NCBI RefSeq assembly: GCF_003918875.1
Contig: NW_025767401.1
Coordinates: 992,001-1,056,000 of the forward strand
Length of the DNA: 64,000 bases
Reading direction: 5' to 3'
Origin: Haliotis rubra
Taxonomy: Eukaryota
The position numbers were made by a program, and so were the translations under genes. This document shows positions 24,801-39,089 of this stretch, piece by piece; positions within the stretch are counted from its first letter, which is position 1, and every line of letters starts with the position of its first letter. The notes under the pieces were generated by a model. That model did no database searches, was not told the DNA's origin, and saw only the letters and a program-made list of their open reading frames with translations.

Positions 24801-27800
24801 TGGTCGGTAATCTGGTCAGACAGACCAGTATTTGACAGCGATCGAATACGTGAACCCAACTGGCAAGGTAAGATTGTATCAAAACAGATAATGAATAGAT
24901 TTTGAAGGGACACAACTTCACCTAACAATGGCAGCCATTTTTCGACTTTGTCGACTATTACAGGCTTCGTTTGTGATCACCAAAGCTTTGATTTTATTGA
25001 CTGACACAAACATATTACATCAAAGTGAAACTTTTTTAAATACAATATTGTTGCACTAGAATGGTGACATGACGGTAATGTTGTTGACAAAAGATCGTTT
25101 GAAACAAATTAATACAAGAAACATCAAGATACATACAGTGCTCAAATATAGTTAATATTGTAATATAACAGAGTCTCTTACCAGGGTTTCGATGATAATA
25201 GTGAGGTTCTTGCCATTAGGGCTGACTAGAGCAACGTAACTCCCTCCTCCGGTGAAATTTCCAACTCCGGCGCCGTGACGGAGATAGCTCCATCCTATCT
25301 CCGTGAACTGCGTCGTGTGGGCTGGATAGAAAGGCAAATAATGAGTGAAAGAGTTGAGTTGTTGCTGGCTGAGGGACACCATTAATCAGCCTCACATTTG
25401 TACCCATTAAGGGATCGAACCCGGACCTTTCGCATCACGGAATAATCTAATAGTCCATAGGAAAACATATTTTGAAATTAACATTCTTTAAACGTGTCTA
25501 TGACATATGCTCATTGGGGCACTCAGTGACATTTTTGTCCTGTTTTATTGAATGGCTTGGAATGTTAATACCTTACATGGCAGTGTAGTCCGTTATTAGG
25601 TCCAGTGGGTACTAACTAATGACACATGTGACGGTACAACCAAATAGTAGGAGTACATTTAGTGACATGATAAAACAACCGAGGTCACTGAAAATAACTC
25701 GTGAAGGTCCGGGTTAGAATGAACCTTCAGTAACCCATGCTTGTCATAACAGTCGACTAACGGGATCTGGTGGTCAGGCTCGCTGGCTCGGTTGACACAT
25801 GTCATCGGTTCCCAATTGCGTAGATCGATGCTCTTCCTGTTGATCACTGGATTGTCTGGTCCAGAGTCGATTATTTACAAACCGCCGCCATATAGCTGGC
25901 ATATTGCTGAGTGCGGCGTAAAACTAAACTCACTCACTGTAAATATTTCTTTTTACTATAACACATACCAGCTATCCAGATTGGGCTCTGGACGACGTAG
26001 TTCCCGGACCAAGGTTCTATTGCCGTCATTAATCCTGCTCTGAACCAAGGCAGGGGGTTGTAGAAGCTGGCAATAGCGGTCCACGATATTGTTCTGAAAC
26101 ATGCATTGATTGTGAAACGTCGACATGCGCTTGAAGTGTCCTTTGAGGAAATGGGTTTTTTATGTAAACATTTCCTCGTTCACCATTATTACAGCTTTTT
26201 ATACTGAATTACACGTCCATTACGGCATATTTAGAAACGTTTACAGTAAGAAGCATTAGTATGTGTTATAACGGATTTTAAATCTCTGTCAATTATGAAT
26301 AACTTACGCTGTCATGTTTCCATTGACATAGTTCATGTTGAGAATCTGGAAAATTCAGTATCCGTTATACTTTGATTTAAATGTGAGGTGGAAAGTAAGG
26401 TTTGGTAATGATTGTGATTTAGCAGCAGAATATAATGACATTGGTCTTCTAAATTCAGTTGTTTTCAAATTACTTTTCGGAAACAATCGCAGAGAGAGAG
26501 AGAGATAGGAGAAGAGAGAGAGAGAGACAGCCAATCGGGGAATGGTGTGTAGTACCAAGGCAGCACATTTGCAATTTTAACACGAGATAATAAAGAATAA
26601 AGAAGTTGTTCATCCATAAAGTTTTGTCCTTATCTGATTCTCCAACTTCTAAACATGCCACTAAAAGAAGAAATTTCAACACGACCCTTCCACATCTCAG
26701 TACCTACCCTTCCCCAGCATCCACCCCCGACGTTGTCGTTGAAGGTGCCGTAGTCTTCTGAGGCCCACAGTTTCTTGCCGGTCTTCATGGCGGATGAATC
26801 AGAGAACGTGCCAGGGTAGTGACACCTGGCGGGAATCAGAAGAACTATTGGAATATTATAACAGAAAACATGGGGCCACGTTGTTTGTACGGAAAAACAC
26901 AGGACTTATTATCCATTTAAAGTTCTTAATAACACTGATGCCAACCAAAGACATCTGTGTCAAGGTTGTCAGTGTTGATAAAGCACCATATCACGGGATA
27001 ATATGTCTGCATGTGATCAGAGAAAAATATAACAGAACATAACACAGAAGTTATGAAACTGCGATGAGAACTGTCTTTGGTCATATTGTGCATGATATGA
27101 TTGTCACAAGTTTACCAGTACCCGATATTTTCGACGGCAGCCCCGAGTTCCTCATCCTGAAGGATATCATCAGCAATCTCCCACTTCTTGTCAGCACCGA
27201 CGATCTTCACGTTGCTGAAGCCGGTGTTGTCAAGGATCCTCCGTAGTAGCTGGATATACAGAAATGAGAACATATCTTTATAGTTTGATCCAATAAGAAC
27301 AAATACTCAGTTTGGTCAAGTTTTTTTAAATCAGTCACGTGCTCACCTTGATGTAGGGGATACTGTACATCCGTTCATTCCATATCTATAACAGAGAAAG
27401 GATGAAATATATCTTCACTCGCAAACATATATTTGGCACTGCGTATTGCTTCCATTAAAGGATTTGGCACTGCGTATTGCTTCCATTAAAGGATTTGGCA
27501 CTGCGTATAGCTTCCATTAAAGGATTTGGCACTGCGTATTGCTTCCATTAAAGGATTTGGCACTGCGTATTGCTTCCATTTAAGGATTTGGCACTGCGTA
27601 TTTCTTCCATTAAAGGATTTGTCACTGCGTATTGCTTCCATTAAAGGATTTGGCACTGCGTATTGCTTCCATTTAAGGGATTTGGCACTGCGTATTGCTT
27701 CCATTTAAGGATTTGGCACTGCGTATTGCTTCCATTAAAGGATTTGGCACTGCGTATTGCTTCCATTTAAGGATTTGTCACTGCGCATTGCTTCCATTTA

Positions 27801-30121
27801 AGGATTTGTCACTGCGTATTGCTTCCATTTAAGGGATTTGTCATTGGTTATTGCTTCCATTTAAGAATTTGTCACTGTGCATTGCTTTCATCAAAAGATT
27901 TATCACTGCCTATTGCTTCTATTAAGGGATTTGTCAATCAAATACAAATGTCATATGATGAATATTGAAACTGATTTCCGTTAAACTGATACATAAAAGA
28001 GAAATCAAAACAAGCAAACTTACAATTAAAAAATTCAAAAGGATTGTGATTATCCTTAACATAATAAATAACGAACCCCAACATAGTCTATGGTGAGATT
28101 ATAGACTGTTTTGGCACCCATAATCCAGTTGAGCACATAGTTAACAGGTCTCTCTGGGTCGGTCCAGGGGTTGTCTCGGGTAGGTCCCCCTACCCATCCA
28201 GGATACGCCCAAGGCAGACCGTACAACTTTATGTCGGGATTTCTCTGAAAACAACAACGTAATTGGATATCATCTTTGCACACAGGCCTGACTACCTTCT
28301 ATACTTATTGGAGATTATAGTAAGAGACATGAACGCCAGACTTGTGGTCATGACACACGGCGACATCTGGCTAATTGTTCGTACCTTTCCATTATTGTTT
28401 TACTGGAATGTATGTATTTCTGAAGGACAATGAACGACAGAGAAGTCAATGGCGATATCGGTTTCGGTCAAATGAACAGCTGGTATGAAGGGTTTTGAGC
28501 TTAATATTTTCAGTTACTATTTGTACGAGAAGAAGAGGACCTTCTTAGCCTCCAACATGAGCCACCACTCATATCCTCTTTGGTAGTTCTCCTCCCAGCT
28601 GTTGTGCATGTGGGACGCCTCGGATCCATCTGTTGATGTATTGTTATTGACATTGTTAGTTGCAAATGAACAGATTCGTACAGAAGGCCACGCTTCATGG
28701 TGTACAACAATATAGCCACGTGATTGGCACGATATGTACTGAAGTGATACTTTACATTTAGACGGATCACTAATGTGAAGGTACCTACCCGTACTGCAAG
28801 CATCGCCTCCGATCTCAACTTTCAGTATCTGCAGCGATGCTCCAAAGTTTGGCTGTAAAGATGGCTTCACTTAACTAACCAATTTCTAACTGAGTAACTT
28901 ATCAAACAACAAACTGGCCATTGCTAATATTGCTTATCATGATTACCCTTTGAGTGGCAACACCTTTGAACGACGCATGGTCCTGTCTCATAAACTATAC
29001 AAAACCTCCCTAGTTTTCTTTCTTATAAATAGATAGATATCCTGAAATTTTGGTCAAGAACAAAAGAATATCAAACAGAAAATTCATGTCTTAGTAATTA
29101 TTACTACAATATTGTTGATATATCAGAATGGAAAGAATCGGAAATATAAATTTTGTATGTATTTCAAATAATGAGCGGATAACATTAATCATAATAACTG
29201 CAAAACTGCTGAAACATTTTATCACCTTGAAAAGAAAGTCCAAGACTTGATCCCTGTAAGGTTGTGGGTAGTTCACCAGCAGCTTGGATGTGGCCTGCGA
29301 AGGCGTGAATCAAAGCGTCTATGATGTCACTTGGGTGAGTTACAATACCATTCGAGCAAATTTCATATCCTACCTTTGGCATCATTCGATATTTTCAACG
29401 ACTGATAAGGCTCTATACATGAGGCAACACATCTGACTTGTGTTATCGGAGTATTCTTGAAAGAATCATTTCAAGGTATAAATTCATGTACATATAGCAC
29501 AGGTGTTCTTGTAAACAGTGAAATGGAGCTTTAGAGCTATCAAAGATTCAGTTACTTAGGTATTATTCCTAAATTGTAAGTAGCATAGTGCGATGTCTAA
29601 CTTTGGCAGACTTTACGTTTTGGCTCGTATACAATTAAATGAAAGCATAAAACATCATCACTTAGTTTGGTTGTTTGCAGTGGTATAATCAGAATGTGAT
29701 GGCGGTAATTTACATATGGTGTAGGAAGTGGTATTTGATCCATGCAACGGAAGAAGTGGTTAGGCTGTATCTACGTAAAATATTCAACGACACGATACAA
29801 CACTTCGTAGATGAAGTCACATACAGTAAATTAAAATAGTTACACACGGAAACTAGAATACGATTCACGGAAATCAAGAATGTTAGACACCCGCTTGCTC
29901 AATGTGCCTTCCAGCCCCACCCACCTGATGGTAGCTAATGTCACCCACACCACACACCCGCGTCTTGAACATCTTACCCCTCCACCGCTAATGCCGCCGA
30001 TTCCATCAAATTTCCGTCCAAACCCGTCACTGTCATCAATGGGATAGATTGTTGCTGTATGTGCTGTCGCAAATAACCCACAAAAACACACACACGCGAC
30101 GAAAACACCACCAGTGTTCAT
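21826..30121 (-). CDS. GALC: Galactocerebrosidase-like GH59 paralogue 2 (18 exons, 689 aa, intact)
   Basis: Exons 5' to 3': 30121-29978, 29294-29226, 28852-28789, 28629-28541, 28244-28077, 27385-27347, 27249-27122, 26825-26708, 26345-26308, 26093-25969, 25321-25182, 24753-24664, 24411-24316, 23945-23804, 23700-23520, 22762-22593, 22435-22359, 22017-21826. Sum 2070 nt, open frame, all GT-AG. Motifs IWNE, HYPGT, WASED, GGCWGR, CVRP. AATAAA on the minus strand at 21542-47. Confidence 0.96.
23006..23226. repeat. 54-bp tandem repeat, about 4 copies (GALC-2 intron 15)
   Basis: gaacctattgtacaagacgaagccattgttcatacacgagagtctgtttatatt repeated. Confidence 0.9.
25700..25938 (+). mobile_element. SINE family B
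   Basis: cgtgaaggtccgggttagaatgaaccttcagtaacccatgcttgtc...gagtgcggcgtaaaactaaactcactcact. Confidence 0.85.
27432..27936. repeat. 31-bp minisatellite, about 16 copies (GALC-2 intron 5)
   Basis: ggatttggcactgcgtattgcttccattaaa repeated, decaying toward the right end. Confidence 0.95.
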
Positions 30122-30446
30122 GGTTATTGCAGCCTGCTTCGTCGTCTGCTGTGTCGTCTGCTCGATGTTATCAAACAGGGCCAAGGCCGGACGTTTGCCA
30201 GATTAAGTACATGAACTGATTAAAACCATTTCATTCAAATATGTTCACCGTTGTTTTGCCTTTTTCGCCCAATGGAACACCTTTCGTCGGATAATGAGTA
30301 CTGTTGACATTTTTTATAATATTTTGATATACGGAAAGGACAACCATAATAAATCTGAGAGACTCTCTGCCCACCTATGGTACATGGTGACATGGGTGAC
30401 CTAGTCGTTTAAACTGCTGCTATTCGATTGAAGGTTTGAATCCGGG

Positions 30447-31417
30447 CTGCTAAGGCAGCTCTCAACAAATCTGTGACACCACTTCTAATACCCTACAGTG
30501 ATTATTAATCTGTAATTAAATCTTATTTCCAGGATCTAATGCAAAAGAAGTGGGACACCCTAGTAGGTATAAATAAATTGCATGAAATAAAACCCTATAT
30601 TTGTTACACCTACTTGGGCTGTCAGTCCAGATTTGAAGAGGTCATTTTAAGACGATGGTGAGGAGGTAAAAGGGGAGGATCCTCCATTTTGCATTCCTTG
30701 TGATGAACGAATCACGGTCAAGCATGTCCTGCTTGACTGTATTGATTATTCCATTACAAGGTACAAGTATTTCAATATAAAAACGTTGAAGGATCTTTTG
30801 AATAATGTAAGTGTTCATTTAATCATAAGAATTTGAATTCATTGATAAATTGTGATATGTATTGTTATTAGCATATGAATTTTGATTTGTGAAAATGAAT
30901 AAATAACTTTGATTGTTAGTGGCTATACCTTCAAAGGGGGTTGAAGTATCGTTAAATTATTGTCCCCCGGAGAGGGTATGTCATTCCTATTCGATTCACA
31001 GTATTTTTCATTGTCCGTGATTTTAATCGTAGTATATGTGTTCTTTTAGCGTATGGTTAAATTGTGCAAAAATCACCAACATCTATAGGAATTATGTAAA
31101 TCCAGTTAGGGTCCATGCAGGTTGCAAAGGTACTGTGTGTTCCCATGGTCCCTTTCTAGTATGGTGATCTTACCTTCAGTTTTTGGTGAACTATAGCCCT
31201 GTTTTTATATTGTATTGTCCTGTATTGTAATAAACTTTTTAATGCTTACATGCTAGTTTTATATTTCTATCTGTGATAACCTATTTGTTTTACTGTCCTT
31301 TGTTGACAGATTTTACGAAATAACTGTATTTATTATAAAAGTCTATATTATCATAGTCACGATATGGCTGCAATATTGCCGATGTCACTCTAAATCTTAA
31401 CTCACTCACTAACTCAA
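30447..31417 (+). mobile_element. 5'-truncated 3' fragment of the I-group LINE family
   Basis: Colinear with about 58645-59720 (cagctctc..caaatctgtgacacc, atgcaaaagaagtgggacaccc, ttacacctacttgggctgtcagtccagatttgaagaggtc, 3' UTR and (ACTC)n tail). TSD ttgaatccggg at 30436-46 and 31418-28. Confidence 0.9.
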
Positions 31418-32459
31418 TTGAATCCGGGTGCATGAGATTCACCAAAGTGATAAACGTTAGAAACCTGGATCAATTTGGTCTGTAAAGCCACATGAAACTG
31501 ACAGATTAGGATAAAAGCTATAATATTCTTACTGTTTCAACCCAGCTAAACCACTCTTGAATGGTGCGCAATTTGTATGATATGAACATTCCTACTGTAG
31601 GGTAGTATAGTGGTTAAAGCGTTCACTCGTCATCCAAGGGCCCGGGTTCTATTCCTAACATGGGTTCCACGAGTGAAGCACATTTCTGGTGTCCACCTCA
31701 CTCACTCTTTCCGTAAATATTGAATATCTCATGAAAGCGGATGCTCGAAGTTCATTCCATTGGAAAATTTCGCCAATATGTGTAGAAAATGCAAACGGTA
31801 ATAGTAAAGTATGCCTATCAAAATGGGAATGTGACAAAATAAGAAACAGTTTGAAATTACTAGGCCTTGGGTAAACAAATACATTAAACTTCTGTTTTTC
31901 TCAGTAATCCGATTGAATTATGAGATTATTCAGAATAACAGTTTATAGATATATTCATTCCTGAAAAGCAAGTAGTCTGTACATCATCCCACATATAGTT
32001 TACTGCACGGAAAGCCGGTGTGTACAATGACGAAGATCATGAGTGTTATCAGTAGGTCGTGTCAAGGACGTATGTTTATCTATCATGGGATCTCCTGTTG
32101 TGCGACATGTATCAATGGAGTATGGATTAAGATATGCTCATTGCTGATGCAACATTTTGTAAACATTCACTTCTCTTGGCACATGTGGCAAACTCATGTA
32201 GTCGTCAACCCCAACACCAGTTAAAGTTTTTCATTGACGATGTTTCCCAGCCAAAAGCTTATAAATGGTTCACGTCTGATGTCAAATTGCAGCGGTGTTA
32301 CTTTTTCACCAAGCAGTTCGTCGTGGAGACAGGAATCCCACGTACAACACAGGTTTCAACAAAACAGAGCATCCTCACATACATTCCATCAAATCAAATT
32401 TCAGTACAGACTGAAACTTTGAAGAATTCAACAGACCTATCAACCTTACCTTAACCAGG

Positions 32460-34605
32460 CCGCTGAACATGCAAGTGTAGATTCATCCCAACCAGTAACT
32501 TTCACAATGACACACACGCAAACAAGTTCGCTAAACATGCAGGTGTAGATTCATCACAACCAGTAACTTACACAATGACACACACGCAAACAAGTTCGCT
32601 GAACATGCAGGTGTAGAATCATCACAACCAGTAACTTACACAATGACACACGCGCAAACAAGTCGGCTAAACATGCAGGTGTAGATTCATCACAACCAGT
32701 AACTTAAACAATGACACACACGCAAACAAGTTCGCTTAACATGCAGGTGTACATTCATCACAACCAGTAACTTACACAACGACACACACGCAAACAAGTT
32801 CGCTAAACATGCAGGTGTAGATTCATCACAACCAGTAACTTACACAATGACACACACGCAAACAAGTCCGCTAAACATGCAGGTGTAGATTCATCACAAC
32901 CAGTAACTTACACAATGATACACACGCTAACAAGTTCCCAAAAATGCAGGTGTAGATTCATCAAAACCAGTAACTTACACAATGGCACACACGCTAACAA
33001 GTTCGCTAAACATGCAGGTGTAGATTCATCACAACCAGTTACTTACACAATGACACACACGCAAACAAGTTCGCTAAACATGCAGGTGTAGATTCATCAC
33101 AACCAGTAACTTACACAATGGCACACACGCTAACAAGTTCGCTAAACATGCAGGTGTAGATTCATCACAATCAGTAATTTACACAATGGCACACACGCAA
33201 ACAAGTTTGCTAAACATGCAAGTGTAGATTCATCACAACCAGTAACTTACACAATGGCACACACGCTAACAAGTCCGCTAAACATGCAGGTGTAGATTCA
33301 TCACAACCAGTAACTTACACAATGGCACACACGCAAACAAGTCTGCTAAACATGCAGGTGTACATTCATCACAACCAGTAACTTACACAATGACACTCAC
33401 GCAAACAAGTTCGCTAAACAAGCAGGTGTAGATTCATCACAACCAGTAACTTACACAATGACACACACGCAAACAAGTCGGCTAAACATGCAGGTGTAGA
33501 TTCATCACAACCAGTAACTTAAACAATGACACACACGCAAACAAGTCGGCTAAACATGCAGAGATTCACCACAACCAGTAACTTACACAATGACACACAC
33601 GCAAACAAGTCCGCTAAAAATGCAGGTGTAGATTCATCACAACCAGTAACTTACACAATGATACACACGCGAACAAGTTCCCAAAAATGCAGGTGTAGAT
33701 TCATCAAAACCAGTAACTTACACAATGGCACACACGCTAACAAGTTCGCTAAACATGCAGGTGTAGATTCATCACAACCAGTTACTTACACAATGGCACA
33801 CACGCTAACAAGTTCGCTAAACATGCAGGTGTAGATTCATCACAATCAGTAATTTACACAATGGCACACACGCAAACAAGTTTGCTAAACATGCAAGTGT
33901 AGATTCATCACAACCAGTAACTTACACAATGGCACACACGCTAACAAGTCCGCTAAACATGCAGGTGTAGATTCATCACAACCAGTAACTTACACAATGG
34001 CACACACGCAAACAAGTCTGCTAAACATGCAGGTGTACATTCATCACAACCAGTAACTTACACAATGACACACACGCAAACAAGTTCGCTAAACAAGCAG
34101 GTGTAGATTCATCACAACCAGTAACTTACACAATGACACACACGCAAACAAGTCGGCTAAGCATGCAGGTGTAGATTCATCACAACCAGTAACTTAAACA
34201 ATGACACACACGCAAACAAGTCTGCTAAACATGCAGAGATTCACCACAACCAGTAACTTACACAATGACACTCACGCAAACAAGTCCCCTAAACATGCAG
34301 GTGTAGATTCATCACAACCAGTAACTTTCACAATGACACACACGCAAACAAGTTCGCTAAACATGCAGGTGTAGATTCATCACAACCAGTAACTTACACA
34401 ATGACACACACGCAAACAAGTTCGCTAAACATGCAGGTGTAGATTCATCACAACCAGTAACTTACACAATGACACACACGCTAACAAGTTCGCTAAACAT
34501 GCAGGTGTAGATTCATCACAACCAGTAACTTACACAATGGCACACACGCAAACAGCTTCACTAAACACGGATGTGTTTATTCAGTCCAACCAGTAACTTG
34601 CACGC

Positions 34606-34638
<33 letters not shown>

Positions 34639-34650
34639 CACAAACAAGTT
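32460..34650. repeat. 68-bp minisatellite, about 31 copies, ending in (GACA)n
   Basis: aaacatgcaggtgtagattcatcacaaccagtaacttacacaatgacacacacgcaaacaagttcgct repeated. Confidence 0.96.
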
Positions 34651-35322
34651 CGCAAGACGAGAAGTCTTTGGCGCCACATACACAACCAGAATCCCATCTA
34701 AATGCAACCAATGATGAGGATTCAGTTAGTGTTCTGTACCAAATCCCCTTGTGATAAGGACACGTTCTTTCTGGATGTGGAACACTCTTTCGAGTCTTGT
34801 CTCGGAGGCAAATACTGAAAATGACCGCCCTAGTGATGACGTGTCAATGTTTTCCAGATCTAATAGGTCGACATCCGTATTTTGTTATGCAATTATGTAA
34901 CCGGGTAGCCACCACAAATAATGGTTTTTTACTGCGACATGAAACGCAATTCATTCACTCAAGGTAGCAGTGTTTTGCTTTTGAACTATTATAGGGTTAA
35001 ATGACGCAGAAAGAGTTTTTCAAACATAGCTGATTGACATCGTGGACATTTACCGTTTGCACAATTTAGTTCTGTGCGGGCCGATTCTTGGTTTCTTGGC
35101 GTTTCAATCTGGTTACATTGTACACATATTTTACCATATAACATTATGTTATATATGGGATTATGTTTAGATCACATACTCTCTGTACTTTTCAAATAGT
35201 CATTGTGTATTCGTAGAATCGGAGCCGTGACAATTTACACTAAGTCACTTTATCTGAAGGGTACCGAAAGTATGTGATCTACATTTAGTCAACCAGTTGT
35301 CAGACTTCCTTTTTTTGTGGAT

Positions 35323-35408
35323 GCCGCTTTGGCTGAGTGGGTTAGATCGTTGACTTTGTGGGCTGCCGATTAGGCGTTTCACTCTGGGTTCGATTCCCGG
35401 ATGGGATC
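35323..35408 (+). mobile_element. Isolated tRNA-like SINE head
   Basis: A box tggctgagtgg and B box gggttcgattcc. Spacing and stems are not those of an intact tRNA. Confidence 0.5.
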
Positions 35409-35456
35409 TGTTCATACCGATAAAGTGTAGTTCCAAATAGTATAAATATGTTGTAT

Positions 35457-37783
35457 AAAATGTTACACTTGAATGAATTCAGGCTTTCTGGAGTTAAAGC
35501 CAAATTTGGTGAGAACTGTAAAGCCAGAAATGCCTAGCGAAGCACGTGTAGAAAAGCAGAATCTGATGAAAATCATATCAACCAACTTGTGTGACGAACA
35601 GAGACAGCAAAACGTTTGGACTAGAGTCAAATCGTTGACGTATTCTCGCAGCCTCTCCTCCACCACTATAATTTGTGCACAGTGGACAGAATACTTAAAT
35701 GATGTGAGCAATATCGCTACTATCACTGTGGACGATGAGATGCTCAATGATGCTGAAGTGTTGTTTGATAATAATGATGGATGTCATGATGATGATTAAG
35801 TTATTGATGTCGATTATGATAATGATACTGGTTTGTATTTTGAATGATGATATTGCCCTTGCAGAGATTGAAGCGGCTGGGAAATGTTTGAAGTGTGGGA
35901 AGGCTGCAGGTCCAGACAGTATCACGGCTGTGGTGATATTTGTTGTGTTCGTCTGCTATGACCTTATTTGTTATTGATCTTTAATGGTGCTGATTCATCT
36001 GGCGTTTATCCACAGGAGTGGTCAAGGGTATATTGTTCCTTTGCTTAAGAGAGGCAGTGTAAATAATGTGGATAAAAATCGGGGTGTCTCGTTAATGGAT
36101 GGTCTTGGTAAAGTGTTTTGTATAGTAATAAATAATCGTCTTCAGCGATTTGCAGAGGTTTATGAAAAGATTCCGGAGGCACAAGCAGGATTATTCTACC
36201 ACAGAAAAAAGTATTTACATTGTAATGTCTCATTCAGAAGTATATTTCTAAAGGTGGTGGTCGTTTTCATTGTTTGTTTCGAAAGGCTTTCGATTTTGTT
36301 GATAGGACATTACTTAGGTAGTCACCTTTCAGGCAAGGGATAAGAGGAAAATATATTTCAGTTTTAAGGGATATGAATTCTAAAATCTTGGTTTCAGTTC
36401 GACATTCGCATTCGGCAATTGGTGGATATTTTTAATCATTGAGTGACGTACGTCAGGATTGCATTTTAAGTCCGTTTCGTTTTGCAATGTTTTACAACAG
36501 AATTACAGGGTATGCTGCAGAATTCAGATCGAAAGGGTATCTTTGTTGGGTCAGATTATGTTGATTTACTTCTGTTGTTGTATGCCGAAGATCTCAATTT
36601 ATTTGATGATACTGTGATAGGTTTACAGAGAAAGATAGGTATTTTACATAAGTATTGTAGCTCTTGAGGTCTGGAGATTAAGATGGATAAGACAGGGGGT
36701 TTGGTATTTCGCAATGGTGGTTTTCTTCGCTCTTATGAAAAATGGTTTTACAATAGCATTCCAGTTAAAACATCAACATACTATAGTTACCTTGGTATTC
36801 TATTTCTACTCGGTTGTCCTGGACAAAGTGCACACATACACTAGTTGGTAAAGCCTGTAAGGCATATTTTTCTGAAGGTATTGTTTTAACAAACATATTA
36901 TATGACTGTTCGCTTTATGTTCAAATTATTTGATAGTAAGGTTAAACCAGTGTTATTATTTGGCTCTGAAATTTGGGGATTTGAGGAAAGGAAATCGATT
37001 GAATTATTTCACACTAATGTTTGTAAATATGTCCTTGGTGTTGGAAAGCATGTCCCTAGTAATGATATTGTGGTAGATCAAATATTTATGTGAATTATTA
37101 CGTAAGGTGCTTTAGCTATTGGTGCAAGTTGTTAACGATGTCCGAGGATCATTATCCTAAACAGTCGTATTTACTTATGAAGAGATTCGGCTGGCAGAGT
37201 GACTTGACAATGTTTTCCAGTTTGCTTCCCTTTTTAAGAATAGACTTCTTGATTGTGATAAACTACGTATCCTTATTAAAATAAGTGAATCTCTCCATCT
37301 AGGATGTTTTAAAGAAGTTAAATCAATGTTAAATTTTAATTATTTTGTTACTTCCATTAATAACACAGTAATTAGAAGAAATAAATGTTTAATTAGACTA
37401 CATGCACTTCCAATGAGATGTAATATTAGAGGTATTAATTTAGATAAGTAAAAGGTGTCTGCGTCTCGAATGAAGATAAAATTCACTTTACCTTAGAATG
37501 TACAAAATATAATGTTATTAGAGATAAGTATTTTCTATAGTGTGGACAGGATAGCATACTGACTAAATATCTTCATTTCATTAGCAGCAATTGTACACAT
37601 GCATTTTTTAACGTTTCGAAATTTATTAAAGAAGCTCCTGCTGTTAGAAAATCTGTTACATCTTCTGTAATAAGTCAACTGCGTTTTTCTCTTTATAATT
37701 TTGCTACTCTTTATATTGTAAACTATTTTCTTATTGTACATGGGCCAATGACCTATAAAACCGAAATAAAATGAAGTGAATTG
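35457..37783 (+). mobile_element. Decayed non-LTR retrotransposon (RT region; RTE-X/CR1-group-like)
   Basis: Fragments LKCGKAAGPDSI, YIVPLLKRG...NRGVSL....GKVF...INNRL, EAQAG, LLYAEDL, KLFDSKVKPVLLFGSEIWGF, with many stops and frameshifts. It ends in aataaa-(tgaa)-like tail. Possible TSD aatatgttg(t/c)at at 35445-56 and 37784-95. Confidence 0.85.
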
Positions 37784-38535
37784 AATATGTTGCATTTGAT
37801 CACTTATAATGAAAATAATATTAAAAGGTATTCTGTAATTTAATTTACCGTTCGTTTTCTTACAAACTAAGATAACATTGAAGCATGTTTTATAAACATA
37901 TGTATTATTCAAGTATGTTTTGTTTATCACCGTTCAATAGCAACCACAGACTGGGCTAAAGATAAAATGCTTCAACCTCAATGCTATCCACCTGCTATCA
38001 TTCGATAACACAAGTACACCCTCGGCCTCGTGTAATGATTCAGTATTCCAGTAAAACCAGTCACTGAGTGTAATGTGGTATATATCATATCTCGGATGAA
38101 CTCACTCACCTCTTAACAGAAAGTTATCGGTATTCTCCATTGTAGACATTGTCAAAATGATAGGGTTTTCGACGTAACGAGCGAACACATTGACCATTAG
38201 GCTACTCTTTGACAGTATTTTCATCGTGACTGTTTCAAATCAAGAAGAGACATATTTTGGCTTGGTGAGGCTTTTGTTATTTTTCATTAGTTGATTTGAA
38301 AATCTATGAAAGCGAACTTGATTCCAATCTACAACTCGACGCGCTCGAAATATCATATTTGCACAATACTTTTTGTATGTCTCAATATATTAATGCGATT
38401 TCTTTCTGAAACAGTTAGGACATCAGACATGGTGTGAATCTCGATTGTATTTCATTTCATCCAGTATGCTTAAACACTTCTTAATATACTAGTATCTGTA
38501 TGAAATTCTCTTGTGTGGTGTGAGATTCCGCTACA

Positions 38536-38773
38536 GAGTGAGTGAGTGAGTTTGGTTTCACGCCGCACTCAGCAACTTTCCAGCTATATGGCGGCGGTCT
38601 GTAAATAATCGAGTCTGGACGAGACAATCCAGTGATCAACAGCATGAGCATCGATCTACGCAATTGGGATTGACACGTGTCAACCAAGTCAGCCTACCCG
38701 CCCGAACCCATGAGTCGCCTCTTATGATAAGCATGGGTTGCTGAAGATCAATTCTAACCCGGATCTTCACGGG
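38536..38773 (-). mobile_element. SINE family B
   Basis: Reverse complement copy with (GAGT)n at the left end and ttctaacccggatcttcacggg at the right end. Confidence 0.85.
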
Positions 38774-39089
38774 TTGCCGCTAGGGCCACCTGCAGCCTGT
38801 GGCCGTCAGCCTAATGTGCTTCAATTGTTTATATGCGACAATGATCTATTTGAATACAACTGGAACAGTTGGATAAAGAGCCGCACGATGCAATGAATAT
38901 AATCCTCAATGGGAGTTACTCAAGTGCCTTTCATCTACATCCCCCTGTGCCCATCTGTAATATAGTGATGATCTGTGCCAATTTCTCCTATCATCAAAAA
39001 TCCACCTGTGATATAAAATTATCAAAGAACAATAGTTGAGAACATTCACCTACGTTGTTGGGGTACAATCAGACATGTGATATATGTTA

